Shown here piece by piece: positions 17,094-26,133 of a stretch of 33,558 nt of DNA. Source of the DNA: an uncultured Candidatus Saccharibacteria bacterium (GTDB lineage: Bacteria; Patescibacteriota; Minisyncoccia; Phycocordibacterales; Phycocordibacteraceae); contig CAZDPG010000001.1 in NCBI GenBank assembly GCA_964507275.1, positions 152,503 to 186,060 on the forward strand. Direction: 5' to 3'. The position numbers were made by a program, and so were the translations under genes. The notes below the pieces were generated by a model. It searched no databases. It was not told the origin of the DNA and was given only the letters and a program-made list of their open reading frames with translations. Within the stretch, counting starts at the first letter, position 1; the number at the start of each line of letters is the position of its first letter.

Positions 17094-17468
17094 ATGTTGG
17101 TAAACGTATGCATCGCGAAGCTTCATCGGGCAACTGTCACCGACGGGAGTCTCAACTATATGGGTTCGATCACTATCGATGAGGCGCTCATTGAGGCCGT
17201 CGGGCTCGTGCCGGGACAGATGGTGACGATCAATAATCTCTCGAACGCCGCTACCTGGCGCACGTACATATTGAAGGGCGAGCGAGGGAAGGGCGATGTC
17301 GTGTTGAACGGTCCGCCCGCCCGTATTTTCCAGAAAGGCGACAAAGTCGTCATTCTTGGCGAGGCGTGGGTGACCGCGGAAGAGGCTGTAAAAATGAGCC
17401 CGACCGTCGCTTTCATGGATGATAAGAACCAGATTACCGAGGTGAAGAAAGGCTGGCGACCATCCTAA
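17094..17468 (+). CDS. panD: Aspartate 1-decarboxylase-family pyruvoyl proenzyme (variant active site)
   Basis: KLHRATVT...YMG/SITID...TY...NG. K9, H11, S25 and Y58 align with E. coli numbering from ATG 17094. Confidence 0.9.
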   Translation: MLVNVCIAKLHRATVTDGSLNYMGSITIDEALIEAVGLVPGQMVTINNLSNAATWRTYILKGERGKGDVVLNGPPARIFQKGDKVVILGEAWVTAEEAVKMSPTVAFMDDKNQITEVKKGWRPS

Positions 17469-17544
17469 ATTAGGAGTATTGTTCGATTAGAGCCCTTCGT
17501 AGCAAGAAGGGCGTTTCGTTTTTTCCTAGATAAAGGAGCATGAC

Positions 17545-18522
17545 ATGCCACCCACCATTGAACAGGTCTACGCACATCCGGTCTTCGCTTCGCTCGACCA
17601 GAGCAAGAAGCGCTTCATGGAAGCGCACTTCCTTGGTACGCGCTTGAATCCCTTCGTACCCAACCTTATTCACGTCGCGGCCCTGACCCTGCACGGCATA
17701 CCGCACCTGAAGGTACTTCCTGCATTGCAGATGATGCTCGAAGATTTCAAGAGCGGGTTCTATGCGGACAAACACACCCTCGTGGTGGACTCGAGCGGTA
17801 ACACGGCTCATGCGGTCATCCGACTCGCGCAGGCATTCGGCCTGGAAGTGAAGGTCGTGATGTCGGCAGACGTTCCGGCGAACAAGAAGGAATTGCTCGC
17901 GGCACTTTCACCGAAGCAGATCATCGCCGTCGGAAGAGGCGATAGCGTCTCCGAGTGCGCGAAGGAAGAGGCGCAGAAACCGGGGCACTACCACATCAAC
18001 CAGTACGTCCACATGGGCAACGTGCGCGCACATGAGCTCCGAACTGGTCCCGAAGTGCTTCGCGTTCTCAGTCACGTGCCGATTGGCGTGATTGCTATCG
18101 CCATGGGCTCGGGAGGTACCGCCACCGGTGTCGGACGTTTCCTGAAAGGGGAGTTTCCGGAAATAACCGTGGTCGGTGTTTGCCCAAAGCTTGGCGAGCA
18201 AGTGCCGGGTGCGCGTGATCGCAAGCGGATGGCCGACGTGGTTACGCTTCCGTGGGAAAACGTCGTTGACGTTGTCGTCGAGGTCTCTCGCAAGGATTCC
18301 TTTGTCGCGACGCGTGAACTCTGGACTGCCGTCGAACCGCAGCCAGGCCCCACATCCGGCATGGCATGGAAAGGGCTCATGTCGTATCTCGAATCGCTGG
18401 ACGACAACGGCCTCGAACATCTGCGCGATAAGTGTGCGGCGTTCATTTGCCCGGATAGTGCGACGCTCTATTCCGGTGTGATGATCGCCGAACTCGATAC
18501 GGGGCAAGGTTTCGTCTCATGA
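17545..18522 (+). CDS. PLP-dependent cysteine-synthase-like (fold type II) enzyme, divergent
   Basis: Putative PLP lysine in HLKVLPA, DSSGNT, NQY, MGSGGT, GPTSG and ICPD motifs. AAGGAG SD. Confidence 0.8.
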   Translation: MPPTIEQVYAHPVFASLDQSKKRFMEAHFLGTRLNPFVPNLIHVAALTLHGIPHLKVLPALQMMLEDFKSGFYADKHTLVVDSSGNTAHAVIRLAQAFGLEVKVVMSADVPANKKELLAALSPKQIIAVGRGDSVSECAKEEAQKPGHYHINQYVHMGNVRAHELRTGPEVLRVLSHVPIGVIAIAMGSGGTATGVGRFLKGEFPEITVVGVCPKLGEQVPGARDRKRMADVVTLPWENVVDVVVEVSRKDSFVATRELWTAVEPQPGPTSGMAWKGLMSYLESLDDNGLEHLRDKCAAFICPDSATLYSGVMIAELDTGQGFVS

Positions 18523-18618
18523 CTCCAGGTCTTCGCTCTTTCTCGTTCCGGCTGCGTACTACGCGCCGGTTCTTTTTTAGCCACTGACCCTGGGCACGCC
18601 GTGCTACTCTTTACTCAT

Positions 18619-19113
18619 ATGAAAACCTCAGCGCTCTATCTGCGCACCATCGTCTTCGGCATCAACGACAGCCTGGTTTCTACCGTCGGATTCCTTGCTG
18701 GTATCAGCGTCGCGGGCGTGCCGCGCGCGACCATTGTGCTCACCGGCGTCGTGTATGCGCTCGTCGAAGCGTTCTCGATGGCGATGGGTGATTTTCTCTC
18801 GGAAGAGTCGGCCGAGGAATACATGAGCAAGTCCGACGTCAATGACCGTCCCTCCGTGATAGCGGCCGTTCTTATGTTTATTTCCTGCGTGCTCGCATCG
18901 CTCATACCGCTTCTGCCGTATATTGTATTCGTGTCGAGTGCAGCCCTCACCGTGTCAATTTGTCTTTCGGTCCTCTCGCTGTTTGTCGTCGGCATGGTGA
19001 GCGCCCACTTCTCCCGCCTGCCCGTGCTATGGCGCGGTCTGCGCATGGCGCTCCTTGGCGGGGCGACCATCATCATGGGCGTCGCCATCGGCTCGTTCAT
19101 GCCGGTTGTGTAG
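18619..19113 (+). CDS. VIT1/CCC1 family iron/manganese transporter
   Basis: VFGINDSLVST...SMAMGDFLS...IPLLPY. Confidence 0.88.
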   Translation: MKTSALYLRTIVFGINDSLVSTVGFLAGISVAGVPRATIVLTGVVYALVEAFSMAMGDFLSEESAEEYMSKSDVNDRPSVIAAVLMFISCVLASLIPLLPYIVFVSSAALTVSICLSVLSLFVVGMVSAHFSRLPVLWRGLRMALLGGATIIMGVAIGSFMPVV

Positions 19114-19174
19114 AGGAACAGCGGGTTGTTAACAAGTGGACTCGCTCTCTTCCTGAAAAGGTATACTTTCCTAT

Positions 19175-19495
19175 ATGTATCCTGACTCTGCCGAAGGGGC
19201 GGCGGTTACACCGCAACGACTCTTTGTTCTTGCGGCGGTCATCCTCCTTGCTGAAGTGGTTATCGCTGTCTTTATGTACATGCAGCGATCTAATGCGCCA
19301 ACGGACACTTCGCAGGCCAGATACTTCGGCGGTATACAGATTGCCGTCCCGGTTCTGGAGAACGCCAGTATGGTAACCCTGTCTCCAGAGACCAGCGCGG
19401 AGGAGTTAAAGAAATTCATGAACGCTGATGGCACATTCAATCCGGAGATGATCCGCGCTTATGCGGACTCCTCAGTTTCTGGGGTAAAAAACTGA
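19175..19495 (+). CDS. Single-TM hypothetical protein
   Basis: Hydrophobic N-terminal segment; stop lies 1 nt before the next gene. Confidence 0.65.
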   Translation: MYPDSAEGAAVTPQRLFVLAAVILLAEVVIAVFMYMQRSNAPTDTSQARYFGGIQIAVPVLENASMVTLSPETSAEELKKFMNADGTFNPEMIRAYADSSVSGVKN

Positions 19496-19496
19496 T

Positions 19497-20846
19497 ATGA
19501 ACCACCTCAAAACCACTCTCTATTCGCTCGCCCTCCTCATTCTGGTGGGGTTCGTCTTTGGGCAGGCAGCCACGACACGCGCGTACTCTGGTCAAGGTCC
19601 CTATACCTATATCAAAACGATTAGCTTTTCTCCGGCGACGACCGAGAGTACAAAGGTCAATCTGACTTTTGATTGGAACACGAATTGGGTACCATCAAAC
19701 GTTTCTTTGTATTACGACGTCGATACTCCAAACGTATGGGCTCATAGGATAGATTTCTTTCCTTTCTGGTCGTCACTCACGATTGATCTCGGCGCGCTGT
19801 CTGCTGGAACGCATACCATCGGCTTTATGCTATTTGGCTCAAATGTGAATGCAGGGAGCGGGTGGACTCTCTGGACCGTCACGTATAATCCAATGTCTTT
19901 TAACGTAAACCCACCTCCACCTCCACCACCTCCGAACTCTTCCCTCGGCATGTTCTTTACGGCATCACCGACAACTGTCCCGTATGGTTGGAGCACCCAG
20001 CTCTTCTGGATGGCCTTCGGTGCCTCTTCCTGTACCGCGAGTGGATCATGGTCCGGCACGAAGCCGTCTTCTGGCTTCGAGTCCAGAACTGGATTAACGT
20101 CAGATCAGACCTATGTCATCCAATGTGGTTCAGCCTCTGCGTCGAGAACAGTTACCGTCACACTGCCGACGTGCTCGCTTCCGTGGGGAGGGACTATCAA
20201 TAGCGGCCAGTCAGTTACGGCGTACAGTCAATCGCGTGTGGTTACTCCAGCACTCTGCACCGCGGCCTCAACGATGGAGACGCGCACCTGCAACATGGGT
20301 ACCTTGAGCGGGTCATATACGTATCAATCCTGTGTAGAAGGGCCGGCTGTTCCTACCGCGTCACTCTCATCGTCGCCTTCTTTAATCGACGAGGGGCAGT
20401 CTGCTAGGCTGAGTTGGAGCTCTACAAACACCACTTCTTGCACTGCCGCGGGAGGGTTCTCCACGGGCGGGGCTACGTCAGGTTCCGCCCGGACAGGGGT
20501 CCTCACCGAGGACACTACCTTTCAAATAACATGTACGGATGGCACGAGCTCTGCTACAGCCTCAAGAAGAGTATCCGTACGGCATCCTCAAGCGACCATC
20601 TCAGCATCACCTTCACGAGTGGCGATAGGCGGGACGTCGGTTATCACCTGGAGCTCATCGGACGTGACTGGAGGATCCCGCGCCTGCACCGTCTCGGGTC
20701 CCGGACTCTCTCGAAACACCAGATCAGGGTCGCAGACCGTCACTATCAGCTCGCAATCCGAGTACACCATCTCGTGTACGACCCAGACCGCCCCGATCTC
20801 CAGCTCGGTAATAGTGAATGTCGGGCCGGAATACAAGGAATTCTGA
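19497..20846 (+). CDS. Secreted Ser/Thr-rich surface protein with repeated Ig-like modules
   Basis: Signal peptide, poly-Pro linker and three repeats of L.W....CT.SG...SG...Y.I.C. Confidence 0.8.
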   Translation: MNHLKTTLYSLALLILVGFVFGQAATTRAYSGQGPYTYIKTISFSPATTESTKVNLTFDWNTNWVPSNVSLYYDVDTPNVWAHRIDFFPFWSSLTIDLGALSAGTHTIGFMLFGSNVNAGSGWTLWTVTYNPMSFNVNPPPPPPPPNSSLGMFFTASPTTVPYGWSTQLFWMAFGASSCTASGSWSGTKPSSGFESRTGLTSDQTYVIQCGSASASRTVTVTLPTCSLPWGGTINSGQSVTAYSQSRVVTPALCTAASTMETRTCNMGTLSGSYTYQSCVEGPAVPTASLSSSPSLIDEGQSARLSWSSTNTTSCTAAGGFSTGGATSGSARTGVLTEDTTFQITCTDGTSSATASRRVSVRHPQATISASPSRVAIGGTSVITWSSSDVTGGSRACTVSGPGLSRNTRSGSQTVTISSQSEYTISCTTQTAPISSSVIVNVGPEYKEF

Positions 20847-20854
20847 GGTTTCGA

Positions 20855-20887
20855 CATATTGACAAGATATTGTCAATATGCTAATAT
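20855..20887 (+). promoter_or_regulatory. Sigma70 promoter overlapped by a perfect palindrome
   Basis: TTGACA(20859)-17 nt-TAATAT, with CATATTGACAA-gata-TTGTCAATATG at 20855-20880. Confidence 0.7.
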
Positions 20888-20932
20888 GCAAATAACGAGG
20901 CAGTTATTGACTGTTTCGGTAACTTAAACCCA

Positions 20933-21505
20933 ATGCTTATCTTAGGAGCCCTTATGGGCTTTTCGCTTTTGTTCGGCTCGGCAGCGCTCCCGACGGGGGT
21001 TGCCGCGGTAGAACAGGTCGCACCGGTCATACCGGGCCATATTGTCACGGTTACCGCCTACAATGCGGTGCCGGGACAGACTGACGACACTCCGTTCGAG
21101 ACCGCCTCAGGCGCGTACTCGAACCCGGAAGTCGTCGCTGCTCGTTCTCGCAATCTCGCTGAGGCGATGCCGTTCGGCACGATCATCGAACTCGATGGCT
21201 CGACGATATTGGCAGACGGCACCTGCGGCTTCAAAGCCGTCTCCTCGCGCATCGGCTACCGCGTCATCGCGGACTCCATGAACGCCCGCTACACGGACCG
21301 TATCGACGTGCTCTTCGCCGCAGGAGCGAATCATGAGCGCGCGAATGGAAGCACGATGAATGCCGCTAATGTGCTCGGCATCTGCAAGGGCGTCACCGCA
21401 CGCGTTGTTGGTCATGTCGACATACATCGCATTCCGAAGACGCAGGCTGAACTCGCCGCATTTGTGGAAAAAGGAAGTACCGAAACACTCGCGCTCAATA
21501 GATAG
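20933..21505 (+). CDS. 3D-domain (MltA-like) exported cell-wall protein
   Basis: VTAYN...QTD.TP..TASG, PFGT and D.MN.R...RIDV motifs, plus a signal peptide. Confidence 0.8.
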   Translation: MLILGALMGFSLLFGSAALPTGVAAVEQVAPVIPGHIVTVTAYNAVPGQTDDTPFETASGAYSNPEVVAARSRNLAEAMPFGTIIELDGSTILADGTCGFKAVSSRIGYRVIADSMNARYTDRIDVLFAAGANHERANGSTMNAANVLGICKGVTARVVGHVDIHRIPKTQAELAAFVEKGSTETLALNR

Positions 21506-21511
21506 CGCACC

Positions 21512-21549
21512 CGCAAAAACACCCCGCTCAAAAGCGGGGTGTTTTTGCG
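21512..21549 (+). terminator. Intrinsic terminator
   Basis: CGCAAAAACACCCCGCT-caaa-AGCGGGGTGTTTTTGCG. Confidence 0.8.
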
Positions 21550-21564
21550 TTATGCTTACGGGAT

Positions 21565-22215
21565 ATGGATCGACTGACTCGCGCCGCCTCGAGGCTTACC
21601 AACGAGGAGTACACACTGCTCGAGAATCTCTCGACCCCGATCAAGATGCAAGATTTCCTCGATGCGCTTCCGATGAATCATGAGAAGGGAGGCGGCACCT
21701 ATCGGTCGCCGCGCGCGGTACTCTGCGAAGGGAAGGCACATTGCATCGAAGGGGCGCTCGTGGCGGCCACAGCGCTCTGGATAGCGGGTGAGCGACCCCT
21801 CATCATGAATCTATCGGCACGGCTGGGGCGGGGTGATGTGGATCATGTGGTCACGCTCTATGAACGGGGCGGCCATTACGGTGCTATCAGTAAGACGAAT
21901 CATGCGGTACTCCGTTTCCGCGATCCAATCTATCGGACGCTCCGCGAACTCGCGCTCTCGTATTTCAACGAGTGGTTTCTTCCGTCTGGCGAGAAGACAC
22001 TTGAGTGTTATAGCAAACCGGTCGACATGCGCCGCTTCGGTACCGACTGGATCACGTCGGGGAAAGACTTGTTGGACGTTGTCGAAGCTCTCTCTGTTGC
22101 CCCGCATTATCCTCTCGTGCCAAAGGGGAACTGGCGCTATGTGCGCCCTGCAGATTCGATGGAGCTCAAAGCCGGGACGAGCCCCGAGTGGCCTAAATCT
22201 GACCCTCGCACCTAA
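21565..22215 (+). CDS. Conserved hypothetical protein, transglutaminase/papain-like Cys-His
   Basis: AHCIEGAL...DHV...GAISKTN...RDP.YR..RELA.SY. Confidence 0.75.
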   Translation: MDRLTRAASRLTNEEYTLLENLSTPIKMQDFLDALPMNHEKGGGTYRSPRAVLCEGKAHCIEGALVAATALWIAGERPLIMNLSARLGRGDVDHVVTLYERGGHYGAISKTNHAVLRFRDPIYRTLRELALSYFNEWFLPSGEKTLECYSKPVDMRRFGTDWITSGKDLLDVVEALSVAPHYPLVPKGNWRYVRPADSMELKAGTSPEWPKSDPRT

Positions 22216-22928
22216 TGAGTCTCCGTGCGGATGATGAAAAATGGCGTCATCTCGCTGTCTTGTCCGGCAGGATTGTCGCGCAAGAGTTCCTGGATGAATT
22301 TCTCTGAAATCGCGGACGTGGATTTGCCGAGCGAAAATGCACCGCGATAATTAGCGTCGACGATGACGGTCTCCGCTCCGAAGCGATCCCTGATGGTCCG
22401 GGCGACATCATTCGGCTTCAGAGGGGCACGCTTCGCGTAATCTTTGAATTCTGGAATCGTCCATGACATCGGACAGTCGATCGACTTCGCTTGCTTGCCG
22501 ACGAGGTAATAAAAGGCGCCTTTGATGCCAAGCGGCCGCGTGAGCGCCGAGATGAATGTGGCGAAAAGAACGCGCAGAACACCCGCCTCTTCAATGAGGA
22601 GTTGCATGGCCGGCGCGGTACCATGCCCCAATCCGCGGAATTGCGGGGTACCGACATGGTTGCGTACCTTGCTCGAAAGGAGTCGCGCGAGCCACGACGT
22701 CTTCACTTCATCGGTTCGGATGATGCGACCCTGTGCGATGCACACAACCTTTTCGCTTATGAAGAGCAGGTCGCCCGGGGATAGATAGGGAGCGACGTAC
22801 TCCTCGAGGAGCTTCATGAGATCGTCGCCCGACGTGATGAGTCGGGTTTTTATAGGGAGACGGAGATAGCGAATCCCTCGGACTTCGGCTTCGATAGTCT
22901 TCCCTTTATTTGGAGCGAACTCAGTCAT
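22212..22928 (-). CDS. CofE (F420-0:gamma-glutamyl ligase)-like protein
   Basis: PIKT..I...D, GD..ISEKVV..QGR, ID, IVDAN and DNPAGQ..E.TP. Confidence 0.8.
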   Translation of the reverse strand: MTEFAPNKGKTIEAEVRGIRYLRLPIKTRLITSGDDLMKLLEEYVAPYLSPGDLLFISEKVVCIAQGRIIRTDEVKTSWLARLLSSKVRNHVGTPQFRGLGHGTAPAMQLLIEEAGVLRVLFATFISALTRPLGIKGAFYYLVGKQAKSIDCPMSWTIPEFKDYAKRAPLKPNDVARTIRDRFGAETVIVDANYRGAFSLGKSTSAISEKFIQELLRDNPAGQDSEMTPFFIIRTETH

Positions 22929-22946
22929 GCGATACAGTATAGCCTT

Positions 22947-23360
22947 ATGATTACAAAAAAGAAAAAAACTGCGTGTCCGTCAGGATTACGCGTCGGACGG
23001 TCGTCTGCCGGGCTCGGTCTCTTTGCGACGCGTGCCTTCAAGAAAGGGGAGCGCATCATTGAGTACTTCGGTCGGGTGATATCGAAGGAGGAGGAATACA
23101 CGAGCAAGAGCAAATATCTTTTTGAAGTGAACAGCCGGAAGACGATTGATGGTACGACGCGTGAGAACTTTGCTCGCTACATCAATCATTCTTGTAAGCC
23201 GAATTGCGAACCGAATATTGTGAAGGGCCGCGTCTGGATTGATGCGATCAAGAACATCAAGGTCGGGGAGGAGCTTTCATACGACTACGGGGAGGAATAT
23301 GTTGATGAGCACATCAAGCCGCACGGGTGCCGCTGCGCGCCGTGTGCCACGAAGCGCTAG
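22947..23360 (+). CDS. SET-domain lysine methyltransferase
   Basis: GLGLFA, IIEY.G, RYINHSC.PN, GEEL.YDY and post-SET CRC..C. Confidence 0.93.
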   Translation: MITKKKKTACPSGLRVGRSSAGLGLFATRAFKKGERIIEYFGRVISKEEEYTSKSKYLFEVNSRKTIDGTTRENFARYINHSCKPNCEPNIVKGRVWIDAIKNIKVGEELSYDYGEEYVDEHIKPHGCRCAPCATKR

Positions 23361-23480
23361 CGGGTGTTGCTATTATTTCGCGTCCGTGTTACTCTGTTCC
23401 TGACAGATGAACGGGTGAATCTTTCCAGATTCACCCGTTCCGTTTGTCACCATCGAAAACAGTCCTTTAGGAGAAGAGTT

Positions 23481-23651
23481 TTGGCACATCCAGATCAGTT
23501 CAAACAGAAGAGGAGCGCGTACCTGCTCTCGCGCGCCAAGGAAGTGTTCGAGCAGTTGCATCACGAAGGGGAATTGAGTACGAAACGGTTCTTCACCGAT
23601 ACGGCGCGGTACCTCGTACCGCACCTCGCCCCTCGCCCTGAAGAAGTCTGA
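23481..23651 (+). CDS. Small hypothetical protein (56 aa, TTG start)
   Basis: AGGAG lies just upstream of TTG 23481, in frame with the 23364 ORF, and a terminator follows. Confidence 0.5.
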   Translation: MAHPDQFKQKRSAYLLSRAKEVFEQLHHEGELSTKRFFTDTARYLVPHLAPRPEEV

Positions 23652-23673
23652 AGTAGTCAGGGCAGAAAGCCAG

Positions 23674-23705
23674 AAGGCGGTCTCGCGAGACCGCCTTTTT
23701 TATTT
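23674..23705 (+). terminator. Intrinsic terminator
   Basis: AAGGCGGTCTC-gc-GAGACCGCCTT followed by a T tract. Confidence 0.75.
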
Positions 23706-23750
23706 GCAAAGAAAATAAGCAGCCGCCCCTGGAAGAGGGCGGCTAGGGCA

Positions 23751-24176
23751 TCATTCGATGCGGAGTTTCAATCGCGTGGCTACGAGACCACCGTCCGGGG
23801 AGACGATTGCCTTTCTGGCAAACAAGTCTTCCGCCCATGCGGCGATTCCAGTGGCAATCTGCAGCAGCGTGCGGCCATCGCAGGAACAGACACCGGGGAA
23901 GCGCCAGATAAGCCGCAGACGCCGTTCTCCGCCGCTGTTGATGAGTACGGGCGGATAATGGTAGTTTCGATGCGCACGCGCAACGTTGCCGACCACCTGA
24001 ATAGTTTCGGAATCAATCGGCACGAGCGCCGCGACGATGCCTTTCCCGCTCGGGAAGCGTTGCGGAAAGATGATTCTGACCGCCTCCTCCTTCTGCGGAT
24101 CGCGTCTGCGACGAAGGTTTCGGAAGAGTTGCCATGCTTCTCGTTGTGCCTGACTTGGATCGATATGCGCTTTCAC
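23751..24176 (-). CDS. Hypothetical protein
   Basis: AAGGAG precedes GTG 24176, with a hairpin just downstream (23721-23743). Confidence 0.6.
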   Translation of the reverse strand: MKAHIDPSQAQREAWQLFRNLRRRRDPQKEEAVRIIFPQRFPSGKGIVAALVPIDSETIQVVGNVARAHRNYHYPPVLINSGGERRLRLIWRFPGVCSCDGRTLLQIATGIAAWAEDLFARKAIVSPDGGLVATRLKLRIE

Positions 24177-24316
24177 GTGGGGCTCCTTGTAGGATATGTG
24201 GGTGGAGTCGTGGCCGGATATACCAATGAACACAGCCGATGATATTGTGTCATGTTTTATACAAAAAGCAAGAAGCGCCACCGTCCGAAGAGGGTAGCGC
24301 TTCTTCTCGAGAACAC

Positions 24317-25270
24317 TTAGTTTGTTGACGAGGAAGTGGTCGCGGTGTCGTCAGCCGATCTCTTGGAATTGCTTCCTTTAAGGGCTGCGATGATTTGTCC
24401 GGCATCCTTGCGAGCGTCTGCAAGACTCTTTTGCGCAGCGACTATTTTCGCATGCGCATCCTTCAGGGCCTGCGTATTCGCCTGCATCTTCGCTTTATCG
24501 CCTTCGTCCGATGTGAGGTCCTTCACGAGCGCGAGTGCGGAACTCACAGCAGTCTTCGCGTCTGCGATGCTGCTGTTCATGTCAGTAAGCGACACTGATG
24601 CCGCGGAGAGGTCGGCAGTCGTCGAGGCCGCTGCGGTTATGCGCAGAGCGAGCTTCGCCGAGAACTGCTCCAACTGCGTTGCCACGGAGAGTACCCGGTC
24701 AGCCGCCGCCGTTATCGTGCTTTTCGGTATGACGAGCGCGTAGGTGCGATAGGACTTCGTTATGGACGAGATGCTCTCCTTGAGGGTCGAAGTCGCTGTC
24801 GTGTTCGCGATGCTCTCCTTGAGCGTGCCGAGCGATTCTATCTGCGCTGTGAGCGTCGCTTTGAGTGATTCCTTCTCGGCATCGGAGAGGCGAGACATCT
24901 TCTCGATGCGTTCCACCGCTTGCTCGATATTCTTCACGCGGCGCTCGATCTCTTGTCCCGCTCGTTCTTTCGCGCGTGCGGCAAGATCACTCTCTTTTTC
25001 AGTGCGCATCTCGGCAATCTTCGCTTGGCGCTCGGCGGTTGTCGAGGCGCGCATGTTCTTCTTCGCCTCTATATCAAGAGCGCGCTGGGCGCGCTCTTCC
25101 TCGAGCGCAGCACGCTTCTGCTCAAACGCCTCCTGGCGCTCTTTGAGGAGCATCGGACGCGCGGTCGCCGTCGCCGTTGCCGAAGTATTGGCTGTTGTAT
25201 CCTCCGCAAACGCGAATGCTGGCGCAAGCGCGAAAGAAAGGGCGAGGATCGATGTTGTGATTTTTTTCAT
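24317..25270 (-). CDS. Secreted Ala-rich coiled-coil protein
   Basis: Signal peptide ending AFA, then long heptad-like helices. Confidence 0.85.
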   Translation of the reverse strand: MKKITTSILALSFALAPAFAFAEDTTANTSATATATARPMLLKERQEAFEQKRAALEEERAQRALDIEAKKNMRASTTAERQAKIAEMRTEKESDLAARAKERAGQEIERRVKNIEQAVERIEKMSRLSDAEKESLKATLTAQIESLGTLKESIANTTATSTLKESISSITKSYRTYALVIPKSTITAAADRVLSVATQLEQFSAKLALRITAAASTTADLSAASVSLTDMNSSIADAKTAVSSALALVKDLTSDEGDKAKMQANTQALKDAHAKIVAAQKSLADARKDAGQIIAALKGSNSKRSADDTATTSSSTN

Positions 25271-25279
25271 AGGCGAGAA

Positions 25280-25579
25280 TTAGATTGACGATTGCACAAC
25301 AGCCTGATCATTCAGACTGGTACCGACGGCAGCACTGTCTGAGCCAAATGCATTGAGCTGAGCGTCGATTGATGAGAGGTCGGTGTCGAGTGACGCGTCC
25401 GAGGTGCTTCCACCGGTCGGCAGCGTCGTGGTCGCTCCAGGATTGGCATCTGCCTCAAGGACTGTGCCTCCCTGTATATTCTCAGTCTGGGTGCTCTGAC
25501 TGCTCATCCAGTAATATGCGCCAATTCCGGCGCCGAGCACGACGAGCACGAGAATCGTTATTTTTGCAGTACGTGTCAT
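25280..25579 (-). CDS. Small single-TM protein
   Basis: MTRTAK followed by a hydrophobic helix and an acidic tail; lies 9 nt upstream of the coiled-coil gene. Confidence 0.75.
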   Translation of the reverse strand: MTRTAKITILVLVVLGAGIGAYYWMSSQSTQTENIQGGTVLEADANPGATTTLPTGGSTSDASLDTDLSSIDAQLNAFGSDSAAVGTSLNDQAVVQSSI

Positions 25580-25721
25580 ATAGCGTGGGGAAAATCTAAA
25601 TATAATGCGATGCTGGTCGCTCATCTAGTATACGCTTCTGTCGGCACTCTCGTTTCCTGGGTAGGGGATAGAAAAACCGCGCATATTCCCGGGTGGGACT
25701 ATGCGCGGCGCGGGGAACTTG

Positions 25722-26042
25722 TTAATCGAGAAGCGTAATCTTTTCGACCTTCGACGTGCGGCTCTCGCCGTAGAGGATTATCTTCCCGACCTCGAACGTC
25801 GTCGTCAGGAGAAATCGCTCGCCGAGAAAACCAGACCGGGGCGTGTGCGGTTGCCAGTCGCAACGCACGACATTGGCCATCGGCTTCTTCGGATCGATGA
25901 TCTCGAACAGGTAGGCGTTGTTGAGGGTCTCGATGAGGATAACTGATCCAGCCTCGACTTCGGCTATGGCAACCTCGTTCACCTTTCTGCCGGGGCCTTT
26001 TCGCAATCCCTCGAGACCTTCGACGTGCAAGCTCTCTATCAT
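25722..26042 (-). CDS. Hypothetical protein
   Basis: GGAGG SD and a downstream hairpin plus T tract (25672-25708). Confidence 0.65.
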   Translation of the reverse strand: MIESLHVEGLEGLRKGPGRKVNEVAIAEVEAGSVILIETLNNAYLFEIIDPKKPMANVVRCDWQPHTPRSGFLGERFLLTTTFEVGKIILYGESRTSKVEKITLLD

Positions 26043-26133
26043 GATTAGTACCTCCAGGTTGGTTCTGCGATTCGCACTAGGGTGCGATACTTTCAGTTTC
26101 TGAAAAACAGGATACTACACTATTTGATATACG

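Noticed and set aside
19911-19935. CCACCT tandem repeat as a phase-variation tract
   Set aside because: It encodes an in-frame poly-proline linker; unit changes would not shift the frame.
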